Shown piece after piece: positions 40,307 through 53,582 of a stretch of DNA of 64,000 bases (within the stretch, counting starts at the first letter, position 1; every line of letters starts with the position of its first letter). The notes below the pieces were generated by a model that saw nothing but the letters and a program-made list of their open reading frames with translations, was not told the DNA's origin and did no database searches. Source of the DNA: Octopus vulgaris (lineage: Eukaryota). The stretch is from NCBI GenBank assembly GCA_951406725.2, contig OX597819.1:116622001-116686000 (forward strand). The letters are read 5' to 3'. The position numbers and the translations under genes are program-made.

Positions 40307-40757
40307 ACGGTATTCTACACAGTTTTCGCCCCAAAATTCGCTCACAAGTGTTATTAGTCGAACCAGGCCTAGCGTACAAGTCATTCGGCCAAGGTACTCT
40401 GAAGCAGGAAACAACCGAAAACATATGGTTCCAAAACATGTTTAATAACCACACATGTATGCCTGCACCTATATAGTAAATTTTATCTTTTATTGTTTAC
40501 CTGTTTCAGTTATTACAATGCGGCCATGCTGGGGTCTCGCCTTTTTTAATCGAATGGAATGTTAGTCGAATGAATCGACCCTGAATTTTTTTTTTCTTTT
40601 TATAGCTTGGTATCTTGTGATTTATTATGGCATATATACATACACGTTTTATATCTATATGCTTGCTAAGTTACGGGAACGTAAACACACCAACATCCGT
40701 TGTCAGGCGGTGGCTTCGTTGGGAAACGATTTTTATCACATAGCCATACCTGCGCAT
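40300..40757 (-). mobile_element. Two diverged SINE family B fragments
   Basis: Head-like 40300-40469; tail and head remnant 40485-40757. Confidence 0.65.
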
Positions 40758-41410
40758 ATGTGACAATATATTTGGGAATCACTCTTACACCCAACACTGT
40801 AATGTGCTAGATTGTAGTTCAGACTCTATCATCCACTCATTTTATGTATATGAAAATTTGTCAAAATTGATCTTGGCAAATTAAGACTTTGATAAATTAT
40901 TTAATCACACCTCATCATTTCACTATAAGGTTCATTTTAAGTTATGCGATCAGCTACCGGTTCCAATGTGCAAACACAATATCTGTATTAACGGGTGCAT
41001 AATAGTGATAAGTATAAATGTATGGAGATTTGGATTTTCGCACGAAGGCAAAACCTAAAATTCGATTAAATACACATTTGATATAGTCATGGAATAAGTT
41101 AAATATGATGTGGGAAATAAAGGCTAAATACGGAACGTCCGGAGAGTATAGTTAATATTTCCTGTGAAGTTATTTCATCTGTGTTTTAATTGGAATTGTT
41201 CAAGGTGTTTAAGTCAGGCATCATAAAACTAGTTAGAATGATCGAACATTACGCACCTCACTGACTCTGGCCTTTTGACCAATCTCCTAAGAACAATAGC
41301 TAGTGCCCTGTTTATCTCCTAAATACCGACCTACCCAAAAAACGTCCCCCACCACTACCACTCCATTAAATTTGCCTAAATGCATAAATACCAGAACTTA
41401 TTTTGACAGC

Positions 41411-41461
41411 CAGCACCTGAAGATTTCATCTGAATGAAACAGTTCTAGTCCTGTAGAAGCT
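41411..41461 (+). ncRNA. Hammerhead-like fold with canonical core and damaged stem I, in a pLTR-like element next to (TA)n
   Basis: CUGAAGA U UUCA-UC-UGAA U GAA ACAG-UUCUAGUC-CUGU A; related sequence in both arms of 42532-42620. Confidence 0.45.
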
Positions 41462-41543
41462 CCTTCTATAAAATAAATTACTTTACTCTGCAATGTATTG
41501 AGTACCTTATTTACTGTGGTTAACCCCGACTCAACCCGGGACC

Positions 41544-41593
<50 letters not shown>

Positions 41594-42464
41594 CATTTAT
41601 ATATGCACATATTATTCCCTGTATCACATTGCTTCTCTCACTCTATTTGTCTTAAAAGTATCTTATGGTTAATTCGAGTGAACACACCACGTGAAGAATG
41701 ATAAATGATTGAAAAACAGATGGAGATATTCAAAATCTCTAGTTCTGATCATCAGAGAAATCTTAGCGAAAAAGCAGGTATATAGATACAGATTATTCAC
41801 TCGAAGCATATCTGTTGCTTTTTAATCTAGGAGAAATATTACTAATTCTACAGGTATAGAAAACGAAATTTAGGTAAAATTGATAGTCAAACAGGACACA
41901 GATGATTAATATACACTTTTACTTCCCCTATTTCATACTCTTTAACATAAGCCGGTGAGATTGTACCAAAATTGGAATCCAATACTTTTCAAAGTAATAA
42001 CATAGCTAGTGAAAACTCTAATGAATGGGTTTCATGTTTTACTTTTTATTATTTCATGGGACAAAACTCGCACGTATGGCATCATAGGCTAATTACGAAT
42101 GATGTGGTGATATGGATTGTGGAAATATATCGTTAGAAATTAGTTGAAGTGTTTTACTCAGATGGAGTTTTGTAAAAGTAGAAAATTCTGGTCGACGAGG
42201 TTCGATGAGAAATTATATAGTTTAGTACAGCACTTGACACAATTAACAGATGTTGCAACCTTTTGATTAAATACGAAATATATTTTTAGATATTACAAAA
42301 AATGAGAAGCTATGATATTTATTGCGTTTATAAGACTTGTTTAACAATAATCAGTGTTAATGAGATTACATAAGATTTTAAGTTGGCCCCACTAATAGGA
42401 ATTCTATCAATGAGCATGATATCGACTCTGAGAGAAGCGAAATGTACAGGATTCCAATAGAATG

Positions 42465-42510
<46 letters not shown>

Positions 42511-42531
42511 TATATATAATACATATATATG

Positions 42532-42613
42532 TTTATTAATAGAAGGATTGTTTCATTAAAGAAATCTTCAGGAAGATTTCTTGAATGAACATCTAGTCCT
42601 AAATCCTTCTATA

Positions 42614-42620
<7 letters not shown>
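42532..42620. repeat. Short fold-back built from the 41417-41480 element
   Basis: ttcattaaagaaatcttc/gaagatttcttgaatgaa core; atagaaggatt/aatccttctat outer arms; lies between (TA)n tracts. Confidence 0.7.
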
Positions 42621-42664
<44 letters not shown>

Positions 42665-42671
42665 ATATATT

Positions 42672-42704
<33 letters not shown>

Positions 42705-42814
42705 ATATTTATATATAGATATATATGTATATTTATATATATATAAATATATATCATTATATTTATATATGTATCTATATGTACATAAATAAATATTATG
42801 AATATAACCTAAAG

Positions 42815-42867
<53 letters not shown>

Positions 42868-43363
42868 TATATAAACTGATACATGCATGCTCGCACTAAC
42901 ACACGCAAATATATGTATAGGAAACACCATCTCAGTTCGTGAGTTGATGAGATATAGTTTCCTCCGTAATTGTTTCATTGCCCATAAATTGCGTTGTATT
43001 GTCATTTGTGGTTGATATATAACGCTGTAAAATATACGTTGTCTATTAATGCTCGTGGATGATGAATGAGGAACATAGTCAATGTAATTCTGGCGAATAA
43101 ACATACTAGCATTTTTGGTTTCGTGACTGAATATAAATGAATAATAGGAATATATTAGGACTATATTTAGACAACGAAATATATAAATAAATATGTGTAC
43201 CATTTACATATTACCTATATCGTATTTATAAACAGGTCTTGTCACATAAATACAGAGAGCCACATTTGGGCACTAACATTATTATAATATGTGCGTGTGT
43301 GTGTATTCCTGTGTATGTATATATGCATATACATATACTTTTATATAATATATATATATATAG

Positions 43364-43645
43364 TGGAGGCACATGGTCTAGTGGTTGAGCAGCGCACCCT
43401 CAGACCGTTCGAATCCCCGACCGGGTGATATGTGTGATAATGAGTGAAAGACCTAAGCTCCACGCGGCTCCGGCACGCGGAAATGGAGAAACTTTTACTC
43501 ATGTTTTCGCCACACCTTTGTCTCAATCTTTCCTCCTGCATCTAACAGGTCACCTGCGACCGACGGGCGTCCCGCCCAGGTGAACAGCCGATATGCCGAT
43601 GAAACCGGGAAACGGTCCTTCTAAGGCAGGCATTGATCGAGAAAA
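43364..43645 (+). mobile_element. tRNA-derived SINE (family D; V/Meta-like 3' part)
   Basis: A box tggtctagtgg, B box gttcgaatccc; cctgcgac..ggcgtcccgcccagg..gaaaccggga. Confidence 0.7.
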
Positions 43646-43671
43646 AACAGAGATATATATATGCATGCGGT

Positions 43672-43890
43672 TTTTACCTTTATTCTTTTACTCGTTTCAG
43701 TAATTTGACTGTGGCCACGCTGGAGCACCGCCTTTAATCGAACAAATAACTTGCAGGGCTTATTCTTTCTAAGCATAGTAGTTATTCTATCGTTCTTCTC
43801 CGCCACTGTGGGGGATATAAACACACCAGCATCAATAGTCAAGTAATAGCAGGTGGACAAAAACAGACACACAATGATATACATATATCT
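43672..43890 (-). mobile_element. SINE family B, 3' part
   Basis: Tail homology to the 62097 copy. Confidence 0.8.
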
Positions 43891-43924
43891 ATACACACAC
43901 ACACATACGCACACACACATACAC

Positions 43925-44042
<118 letters not shown>

Positions 44043-44074
44043 ATATATGTATATATGTACGTATGTATGTATGT

Positions 44075-44453
44075 ATATATTGTTAATAATATCAGGAAAT
44101 CAATATCAGATAATTCTTCCGAAAGACATACACGTGTGTAGAATAATTGATGTATTAAAAATATAAATATATGTAAAATATATGTAAATATGCATAAGTA
44201 AGAATATATTTAATAATAAATATGACAGTTTAAAAGTTTGGAATAAAATTTTTAAAGCTTCTCTTTAGAGGCTTTAAAAACTTAATTCGAAACTTTTAAT
44301 ATTTCATATTTATCATTATATATTCATACTTATACATATTTACACATATTTCTATATATATTTATATTTTTAATACAACAATTATTCTACCCACATGTAT
44401 GACTTTCGGAAGAATTTTCTGTTATTCAATTCCTGATGTTATTAACAATATAT
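44075..44453. repeat. Diverged long fold-back, ~190-bp arms, centre ~44264
   Basis: attgttaataatatcaggaa..aattcttccgaaag..gtagaataattg vs caattattctac..ctttcggaagaatt..ttcctgatgttattaacaat. Confidence 0.85.
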
Positions 44454-44589
44454 TATATAGTGTATATAATCGCTCGTGTTAAATGTATGAATACTTTAAT
44501 AGTATTTATATTTTGATACAACAGAGCACTTAATATAAACTCAGTATATATTCTCATAGCGAATATTCTCATAATATTTAACTAAAGTT

Positions 44590-44791
44590 GTGACCGCGTG
44601 TGTACCGTTGGCGATTTTTTTCCTCTGTCTTCCCTTCTCTGGATCTTTCCTTCTCCTATGCTTCCGACGAAGATCTCCGCTCGAAACGTTAAACCCTCCT
44701 TCTTTCCTTCTTTCCTGAGCGTCCAATAATACTATATTTGTTCCACGTCTTCGCGTTGTTGTGTCTTTTTGTGCTTTCTTGTTTGGATTAA

Positions 44792-44795
<4 letters not shown>
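44590..44795 (+). mobile_element. Penelope pLTR-like short element (same family as 14688-14892)
   Basis: ccgacgaagatctccgctcgaaacgttaaac at 44664-44694; ends in (TA)n. Confidence 0.65.
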
Positions 44796-44878
<83 letters not shown>

Positions 44879-45285
44879 ACAATATATTTTATATATGTAT
44901 GCACACACACACACACACATATATATATTATATATGCTTCGGATTTTATATATGTTTGATGTTTTAACTATATTTGAGTTTTTGGCACTGTTATATATGT
45001 TCTTATTTCAGTGTTTTCAAATCCAAACTATATATGATAGAAGTGTCGTTTTGACTAATCTTGAAACGTACGTTCTCAAATAACCTTTGCATTTGATTTT
45101 TTGATGTCCTTACCCCCAAACTTTTGTGAGTTGAGTCAAGCAAACACTATATGAGTGAGATTTTCTTTAAGTATTAGAAATAGCTTTAAAAAAGTTTTTT
45201 AGCTGCTATTTCTAATGAGTTCAGTATGCGGCAAAGTAATTTATTTTACTAAGCCCTTTTATATAATATATATATATATATATAT

Positions 45286-45427
45286 ATTGTGGCCTTCATT
45301 CATTTTCTTTCTACCAAATTCATTCACAGGGTTTGTGGCCAGCCCAGGGTCACAGTCGAAGACACTACTCAAGATGCCACTGTGAGGTACTGAACCCAGA
45401 ACCATGTGGTTGGGAAACAAGCTTCTT
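45286..45427 (-). mobile_element. SINE family B head/core, split by an insertion (remainder at 47607-47638)
   Basis: ..tgaacccagaaccatgtggttgggaaacaagcttctt continues as ggaagcaagcttcttaccactcagccac after 2.2 kb. Confidence 0.85.
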
Positions 45428-47606
45428 TTATTCATTACATTGGTCATAAAGGCCTTACATAGAAAGGCATCTACGGGCTGTACCCACACCTAATGGTATG
45501 AATGGCAAATGAAATGGTAAAAAATGAGGGCAGCAAGCAACGGCAGCCGATTGATGTTTACCCGAAAACATTGTTCTTTTAAAGTTTCATACTCGAGGCA
45601 ATAAACCACTTATATAGTTAAAAAAAACATTTATGAGGCAATAAAACTTTTACATGTTTACAATATAAAAACCATTATGAATCAATAAACCTCTTACACG
45701 ATTCAATGTAAGCACTATAGAAATACAATAAAAATGAGACACCAAGCCTCTTACTTTTATTATCAGTTACAGGCTTTCCTGCCCGACCAGGCTCATCGCC
45801 CTAGTCAAACACTTGGACGGTGCCGAGTCGAGCCGTTTGCACACAAATCTAAAGGTATTCACTGGAAGGAGTTCATTATCATGCACAGATCGATTTCCTA
45901 TATGACCTCCGCAGCCACCTGCGAAGGCCACTCCGGGTCCTCCGTGCAGGAAAGAATCCCCTCCCTTCGGCCTTTTAAAAAAAACTTCTTAATGAGGCTT
46001 TCTAGTTTCCCAACTTTATGGAGGGGGACCACAAATGTCTCCTCCACAGCATGGGGGAGGTCTACAGTTTCCACCTTCGGTGACACAACCTCCACCGAGG
46101 GTGTTTCGGGACACGCCAGCAGTGTGTCAGAAAACGGCGTTTTTCTTCTTTTCTTTTTTTACTCTTGAGCCACGGGAGGGTGGACCACCTCCGCTTTATC
46201 CAGCAGTTCCTCCCTCCCTCCCGCAACCTTCCGGTCCTTTGGTGGACAACTATTGTTTCCCACCTTACTTTTTGCCTTTTTGAGGAGGTTTCCACCTCCT
46301 CGACTTCCCTCTTCTCTCTATCCACTGAGGGAGCAGGGAGCGGTATCTTTAATAACTGATCCAGGACCTTATTTTGGTCCTGAGGGCAGTTCTTTTTGTT
46401 ATGGCCCGGTTCCAGGCACACAAGACACATGGAGGCGTCTCTCAATCATCACCGGATACCTGGCCCCAGCCATTCTTAAAAAACCTAGGAATACCAGATT
46501 TTCGGCTGATTGGATCCATAGAGTCAAACAATTTTTGACCCCTCCAGTCAGCCGTAGGGAAGATATTTTTGTTGAAGAGCTTGGTACTGCTGCCACCCAG
46601 ACCCTGGCGGATATTATCCTCTATACACTCGGGTTTAATTCCGGGTGGCAAACCGCATACACAAGCCCTCGTCAAATTCTTCCCACAATAAGTGGGAAGA
46701 AACAAAATTTCTCTGCCCTCCACGGGCTAACTCGCGAATTTGCGAGCCTCTTCGGGAGTGTCAAATAGCAACCACACGGTTGAGCATTTCAGCCCCCTAG
46801 AGATGCACTTAATATTTGACATATATTCCGCCAACTCCTCTTCTATCAAAGTTTTCTCGCAGACTGCGATGATGTCGAGGGACTTGAAGTAAGTCCTCAA
46901 CACCACCGTCTTCTTTTCGATCTCTTCCATCCACTGCTTGGGTGGCATTATTTCCCACTCCACAATTCTTTCTTTGTTCTTTGTCATGATAAATTAAACA
47001 GTTCAAAAACAGTTCACAAAATTCAAACAATTAGAGAGAAAATTTAAAAAGAAAGTCCCAACCAAAAAGAAGAAGAAAATAAATAAACAGTTCAATAAAG
47101 AACTTCAAAAGCAAAGATAGAAGAACAGAAGGCGACAGTTCAAAACACACAGCGAAATATCCTTTGGCCACACAGTACTCCTCGGCTTTCAATTCGAAAC
47201 TGGAACACAACTTCTCACAGTTGTATTATTCCACAAAATTATTCCACAAAATAATTGCACAGAATTATTCGCCAACATGAGCCAACTTTCCAAGCAAACA
47301 ATTCTCAAAATTAGTTCAGAACAACACTTCACGAACTAACTTTTGGGGCATGATACGCCCCCAAACAATCATTCTCACAATTAAGGGAGAAAAATTATAT
47401 ACTCTACTGCAGGCAGACTAGAGCCTAGAGTCCAGTGAGGACTTCTTGCTTGTAGAAAAACCACGCAAACTACAAACTCCCACTGAACCAAAAAACAAAA
47501 TACTTACCTTATAGTGTAGTCTTGTTAACAATCAACTTTCGTCAGCTGCAAACCAGCGAGGCGACTTCATTCAGTGCTATGAACAACTGACAACAAACGC
47601 ATGCGC
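45428..47606 (-). mobile_element. Non-autonomous Tx1/L1-like retroelement carrying only ORF1
   Basis: 15-bp TSD ggaa(a/g)caagcttctt at 45413-45427 and 47607-47621; minus-strand 3' end gaataaaa; ~620-bp 5' UTR; no EN or RT motifs. Confidence 0.75.
45800..46987 (-). pseudogene. Disrupted gag-like ORF1 with CCHC zinc knuckle
   Basis: ORFs 46987-46727 and 46723-46442 are in frame across one stop; the next frame has CLVCLEPGHNKKNCP (Cx2Cx4Hx4C), then a K/E/P-rich tail. Confidence 0.75.
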
Positions 47607-47644
47607 GGAAGCAAGCTTCTTACCACTCAGCCACTTCTAATTTG

Positions 47645-47684
<40 letters not shown>

Positions 47685-48128
47685 TGCACAGACTGGAACT
47701 TGGTGCAGCTCTCCAGCTTATCAATTCCAGTCAAGCCATCTAACCCATGCCAGCATGGAATGATATGAGTGTATGTATGTGTGTGTGCGTGTGCGTGTGC
47801 GTGAATATTTTATTACCATATAATTCCACGCACACGCATATAGTGACAAGCCGTTATGAATTTATGTCCCTTGACCATTAAAGATGATTCCATGAATAGT
47901 CTATTACTGTCATACCACCTCCGTATTTTTTTATTTTCCTTCTTCTTCTCCATCTTCTTTTCCTACTCCACCTTCTACTTGCTCTTCTTTTTCTTCGTCG
48001 TCTCATTCCTCGGCTGCAGCTGCGTCTCCTGCTTAGATAATCAAAATACAGAACCAACATTTCTCTGCAGTCCTATTAACTATTTCTTCATATCAGCTTC
48101 TGCCTGGCGAGCCTTCACAAAAGGAAAA

Positions 48129-48178
<50 letters not shown>

Positions 48179-48204
48179 GAGACAGAAAAAAAACTGTCCT
48201 ATCT

Positions 48205-48362
48205 ATTTTAAAGAGTATGGAAATATTTTCAAACAACATTTCATAAAATGTTTCTTAATTTTAATTCTTCTTCTTGCTGTTCTCTTAGATGAAAAGTCGA
48301 AAAGACCCGAAACCGGCACTAAAATGTTCTTCGTGATAAAATTCTTTTAGCATTATCTATCA
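48205..48362 (+). mobile_element. Decayed pLTR-like repeat, homolog of 38510-38645
   Basis: Both share aaatatt..aaacaac..gtc-N-gac..gaaaccgg(t/c)act..aaatgtt..ttttagcatt, a hammerhead 3'-half remnant with palindromic ACCGGU. Confidence 0.5.
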
Positions 48363-49306
48363 TATCTTATTTTCTTTATATATATAAGGTAGAAAATACT
48401 GAAATATTTACATATATATATATATATATAAGGCGTAAGTAGATTTTTACAGATATATATATATATATCCAAGTATAAATTTTTGTTTACATATATATAT
48501 ATATGTGTGTGTGTGTATGTGTGCGTGTGTGCGCGTGCGCGTGTGCGCGTGCGCGTGTATGCGTGTGTGTGCGTGCGTGTGTGCGCGTGTGTGCGTGTAT
48601 GTGTGTATGTTAGCACTATGTGTATACGTGGTTGTGTCTGTACGTAAAACGAGACAGGTAGAGTAAAAGCATTTCTGTTGAAAATTAAATAGAGCCTCCT
48701 TTGAAGGAAATAAAACATAACGTTATTATGATATTTTTTGTCTGCCCGATAATTGAATTTTGTAATTTATTTTTAAGAATTTCACCTAGTTTCTGTGTTA
48801 TATTTGTAACCTGGTTATTGATGTCGCCTTAAATTGACGTCATTTTCTTTCTTGCAAAATTTCACTCAATTTTCAAGAAAACAAGAATTTAGAAACGTTA
48901 TTTAAAGTATATTTAATTTGATATCATCACTTAATAAATATTTCGAGTTCCATTATAATGAATGCAGACATTTTTGCTACGGTAATGATACGTCTTTTTT
49001 GCCATATGTTCGATCGTTTGTATTTGATCACGGAAAGCTCTGCACGGGTAACAAAATACTTTAAATCTATTTATAATTGGATCTTAAGCGGAGTTTTGAT
49101 AGAATTGCTCTGCCATGTGTTGGACTATATTAAATGAAATTTTATACGCAAAAGCATCCATGAATATGTTAGGACTCGCTATGAAATATAGAAGCTGCGA
49201 CACAAAAAATATTGAACCTCAATCAATTTTAAGTTGATTTGCTTCGAATGAGAATGTCTAAAGATCTAAATGAAGAACAATATAATTATATGCTAGATAC
49301 GTTGCA

Positions 49307-49398
<92 letters not shown>

Positions 49399-49480
49399 AA
49401 TATAGGATGAAGCTTTTTTATAGAAAAAAATTCCATCAGAAAATGTGGCAGCATATTAAAGTACATTTAAGGTTAAAATT

Positions 49481-49769
49481 ATAAACAACTTATAAACAAG
49501 GACTAAAAGAAAATTATTTCTATACCAATATGCTGATAACAGACTTTTAAATCGTCAATTTCCACATATTATTTACTCGCTACAGAAAACACGTAGAGCT
49601 GAAATCGAGGAAAGCTGGCCAACATCGAGGAAAGTCGGCCAGCTTTCCTCAATTTCAGCTCTACGTGTTTTCTCTAACGACTAAATAATATGTGGAAATT
49701 GACGATTTAAAAGTCTGTTATCAGCATATTGGTATAGAAATAATTTTCTTTAGCCCTTGTTTATAAGTT

Positions 49770-49775
<6 letters not shown>
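49481..49775. repeat. Long fold-back, ~140-bp arms, 16-nt spacer, in a (TA)n-bounded element
   Basis: 49481-49620 vs 49637-49775 with few mismatches. Confidence 0.95.
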
Positions 49776-49819
<44 letters not shown>

Positions 49820-49899
49820 CATAACTTGAAATACGGTATAGTATATACAACTTCGCTGACGGTAACGTCGGTTTGAGCACTGTTCCCTCATTTTAATTA

Positions 49900-50245
49900 T
49901 TGTCATTATTATTTTGGTTTGGCTCAGGTTTGGTCTTATTCCTAGTAGGATACATGTGGATAGCGGGTTACTACCTATAACCTTATTTACCCATGAGGTT
50001 TCTGCAGTCTTTAAATTGCTTAGAGCACTCTTGTTAATCCTTGTTATTTCTAACAGACAAACGTTTGGTAGGAGCACTACTAGACATTATATTTCAGTCT
50101 TCTTCGGGCATTTGTCTATATCTTCGCTTACTGATTCCTACGTACCAATTATTATACGCACGACTTTTACTGTTCGCATGCTCCAAATTCTTCGTATTTC
50201 AAATTTTAAGGGAATGTATCTTGTAGTATAACTTTTCGGCCCTTG
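49900..50245 (-). mobile_element. Dong/R4-type LINE extreme 3' fragment
   Basis: EIRRIWSMRTVKVVRIIIGT*ESVS..PNVCLLEITRI. Confidence 0.65.
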
Positions 50246-50259
50246 TGACTATTATTATA

Positions 50260-51500
50260 ATTGTTGTTGTTGTTCTGAAAGACTCTCAGAGAGTTTTTAA
50301 TTACTATTTATTCTTTACTTGAAAGCAAGGAATAGCAATAACACAATGGTTTCTGTGTTTCAAAGAGACAATATTTTCCACAGAATGCGAGCTGTACCCA
50401 ACACTGATGTCTTCTGGTTCACCTCGTGCCTAACAGCAACTTCAATATTCTTCATATGCTTTTCAAAGCTCTTGGAAATTTCTCCTACTGCTCCAGTTAT
50501 CACCGATATCACCATTACTTTTCTCATGACCCATAAATTTCCTATCTTATCTCACAGTAGCTGGTATTTCTCAATCTTTTCGGTTTCCTTACGTTTCACC
50601 GTCGAATCGCCTGGTGTGGCACCATCTGTTATATTTACTTCTTTTTCATCTTTATGGAGGAGCACAATTCCTGGTCATCTCGCCTCTATGTCTTGCTTGC
50701 ACTGCATGTTAAAATCCCAGAGTATTTTGAAATGTTCGTTTTCCATTACTCCCTCTGGCTTGTTTTCCTACCATTGTTTGGTTCCCTCGAAGTTTGCTTA
50801 ACTGCGCAGGAGCCAGTGGACATATAGCGTTATATTGTCGTCTCTCCTTTTGTATTCACGTTGTGTGATCTTACAACACTCAAAACCATATGGCATATAC
50901 TCTCCCCCTTCTCAGAGCACATCCTACACTATGGCGAGTCACTGCTTTTGTCAATGCAATATTTCTAATAGCTTGTTCTGAGAGCTTCTTCTTGAGCGAT
51001 GCACACTAATGTCTCAGCTGTCCTTTAAAGTCTCCTTTCTGCAGCCATTGCCAGATTCTATTCCAATCAATCTCATCTTAATTCTTCAAGAACTGACTGT
51101 ACATTTTCTTGTCCTGCCAAATTTTCATCTACTTTTCTCTCTCTCTATCTGGTCTTTCTTAAATTTTGTTGGATCTACAGCTTCGTTCACTTTCAAGATT
51201 CCTTGCATTTTCACTCTTTCAAACATTTCTTCTTTACTCTCCTTTACATACAAAGCCAGGCTTTTCTCCTCTTTCCTCACACAACCTTCACAACACACCG
51301 ACCCCCATCCTGCTTTCCTCTTTACATACAATATTGACACATCACCCTTGGGGTGTAGTTCTTTGTTTATTGCCATTAATTTATGTGTTCTCTGGCCTAT
51401 CTCTTGTGATTCATGCTTATATTAAGATACTATTCCTGCCCCATATCTCATCAAAGCATCCGCCCACCTGTTATTTGCTCGAATCTTATAGAGGAGATTT
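50260..51500 (-). mobile_element. Dong/R4-type LINE 3' region (post-RT, CCHC, RLE endonuclease), decayed
   Basis: LHPKGDVSILYVKRKAG; CRMC..E..H; KPEGVMENEHFKILWDFNMQC..IEAR*PGIV..KIEKYQ..VLGTARIL. Confidence 0.9.
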
Positions 51501-51630
51501 GACTTTGACTGGACCACAAACCGAGTTCTCCTCAAATACTCGTTCCCGTACATTCCTCTTCTTCTTCTTCTTCTTCTTCTTCTTCTTCTTCTTCTTCTTC
51601 TTCCTCCTCCTCCTCCTCCTTCTTCTTCTT

Positions 51631-51661
<31 letters not shown>

Positions 51662-51685
51662 TTATTATTATTATTATTATTATTG

Positions 51686-52060
51686 AGTGAGAGAGCAGTG
51701 CATTCCATCAAGTGACACTAGGGTAAAATATACGAAGCCCAGTATACCCATCATGACTACCCGTCACATACATCACAACCATATGTGCGCGACATGGTGA
51801 TCTCATATCAAGATAAACAGAGCACCTTGCAGGTGGGGCCCAGTTAGAATTTTCTTGTGGTCGAGTAGCCCATCGTGCTCAAAAGGTCCCTGGATAAGGG
51901 TTGAATAAGGATGTTGAACGAAACATCAATGTTTCCGAAGGTGTATTATCCAAACCCCAAAGAATTCCTCTCAACACATGGCTCTGATGTTCCCCAACTA
52001 CTTCTGCTCGTGATAAGAGGTGCACATATCGTCAGTCACTAAGAGAAACAACTGACAAGC
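51686..52060. repeat. Unclassified non-coding interspersed repeat between (TTA)n tracts
   Basis: GC-richer block bounded on both sides by (TTA)n; no ORF; family not assigned. Confidence 0.4.
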
Positions 52061-52061
52061 A

Positions 52062-52112
<51 letters not shown>

Positions 52113-52149
52113 GTTGTTGTTGTTGTTATTATTATTATTATTATTATCT

Positions 52150-52705
52150 TCTTTTTTCTTCCTTCAAATTTGCTTCCATTTCTTGCCGAGTGTCTTCCCG
52201 ACTCCTAGGGCAAAGAAACTCATAGTATTCATTGGTAGGCCATTAAACTAAACTCACTAGTTCGTTCATTTAAAAAATTTTTTTAAAGTTAAATTAAAAT
52301 ACATGGGTAGTAATAGTTCTCACATCGACAATGCTCTTCTCAATACGTGTGATGCACCAGTTAAGACAATCTTTTGCACTTCTTGCAGGGATGGTAAGCC
52401 AGGGATCCTTCTCGTATAATTTTCGGTTCCCTTCTTGATCATTCGTAGTGCTCCTACGATCACTGGTATTGTAACCGCCTTGAGATGCCACATTTTCTCA
52501 ATTTCAATGAGCAGGTCTTTATATTTTCTGAGCTTGTCAAACTCTTTCGCCGAGATATTATGATCACAGGGGATGCTCATGTCGATCAATAAGCAAACTT
52601 TATTGTTTTGGTCTTTCACAACAATATCTGGTTTATTGGCTTTGATGGTTCGGTCTGTATGTACTGAAAAGTCAAACAGAATCGTTACATTTTCTCCTTC
52701 AGTTC
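52150..52705 (-). mobile_element. Dong/R4-type LINE 3' end with open RLE domain
   Basis: ORF 52320-52772: ILFDFSVHTDRTIKANKPDIVVKD..LIDMSIP..KLRKYKDL..IPVIVGAL..LQEVQKIVLTGASHVLRRALSM; 5' truncation falls in (TAA)n. Confidence 0.92.
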
Positions 52706-53056
<351 letters not shown>

Positions 53057-53064
53057 CTATGCCT

Positions 53065-53582
53065 AATGGACCATTCCTTGTATTTGTTACTAATTGAAGC
53101 CTAACTGGTTTTCCTTCGATTATATGTATACAGCTTTAGTGATGTTCATTATTCTTGATCAACCACGTCAACTGCAAACGCAGAGTGCTCGCTGCAAATT
53201 TTAACTTGACAAATATTTGCTTCATGATTGAATTATTAAAACGTATTTTTATGAATTTCACGTAGTTATTATTATTATTATTTGAATTAACTGATTATTA
53301 TTATTAATTATTATTATTACATTAGACAGTATTATTATCTATTATTACTAACGCTACGTGTAAATTATTATGTGATATTATTCAGTCTCACACTTATTAT
53401 GTATGGTATTATTATTATTATTCTATTATATATCAAATGGACCAGTTCCTTGTATTTGTTACAATTGAAGCCTAACTGGTTTTCCTTCGATTAGAAACCG
53501 AGGATGTTCATTATTCTTGATCAACCAGTGTCAACTGCAAACGCAGAGTGCTCGCTGACAAATTTTAACTTGACAAATATTT
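53065..53582. repeat. Near-identical ~150-bp direct duplication (53065-53218 and 53436-53582)
   Basis: aatggacca..gaagcctaactggttttccttcgatta..cgcagagtgctcgctg..ttgacaaatattt in both copies. Confidence 0.9.

Noticed and set aside
47501-47510. Perfect minus-strand splice donor AAG|GTAAGT in the element 5' UTR
   Set aside because: No matching acceptor identified before ORF1; such motifs occur by chance.
49527-49570. Hammerhead-like junction aatatg-ctgataa..gac/gtc..catatt
   Set aside because: Lacks G8 and the GAAA strand, so not called as a ribozyme.
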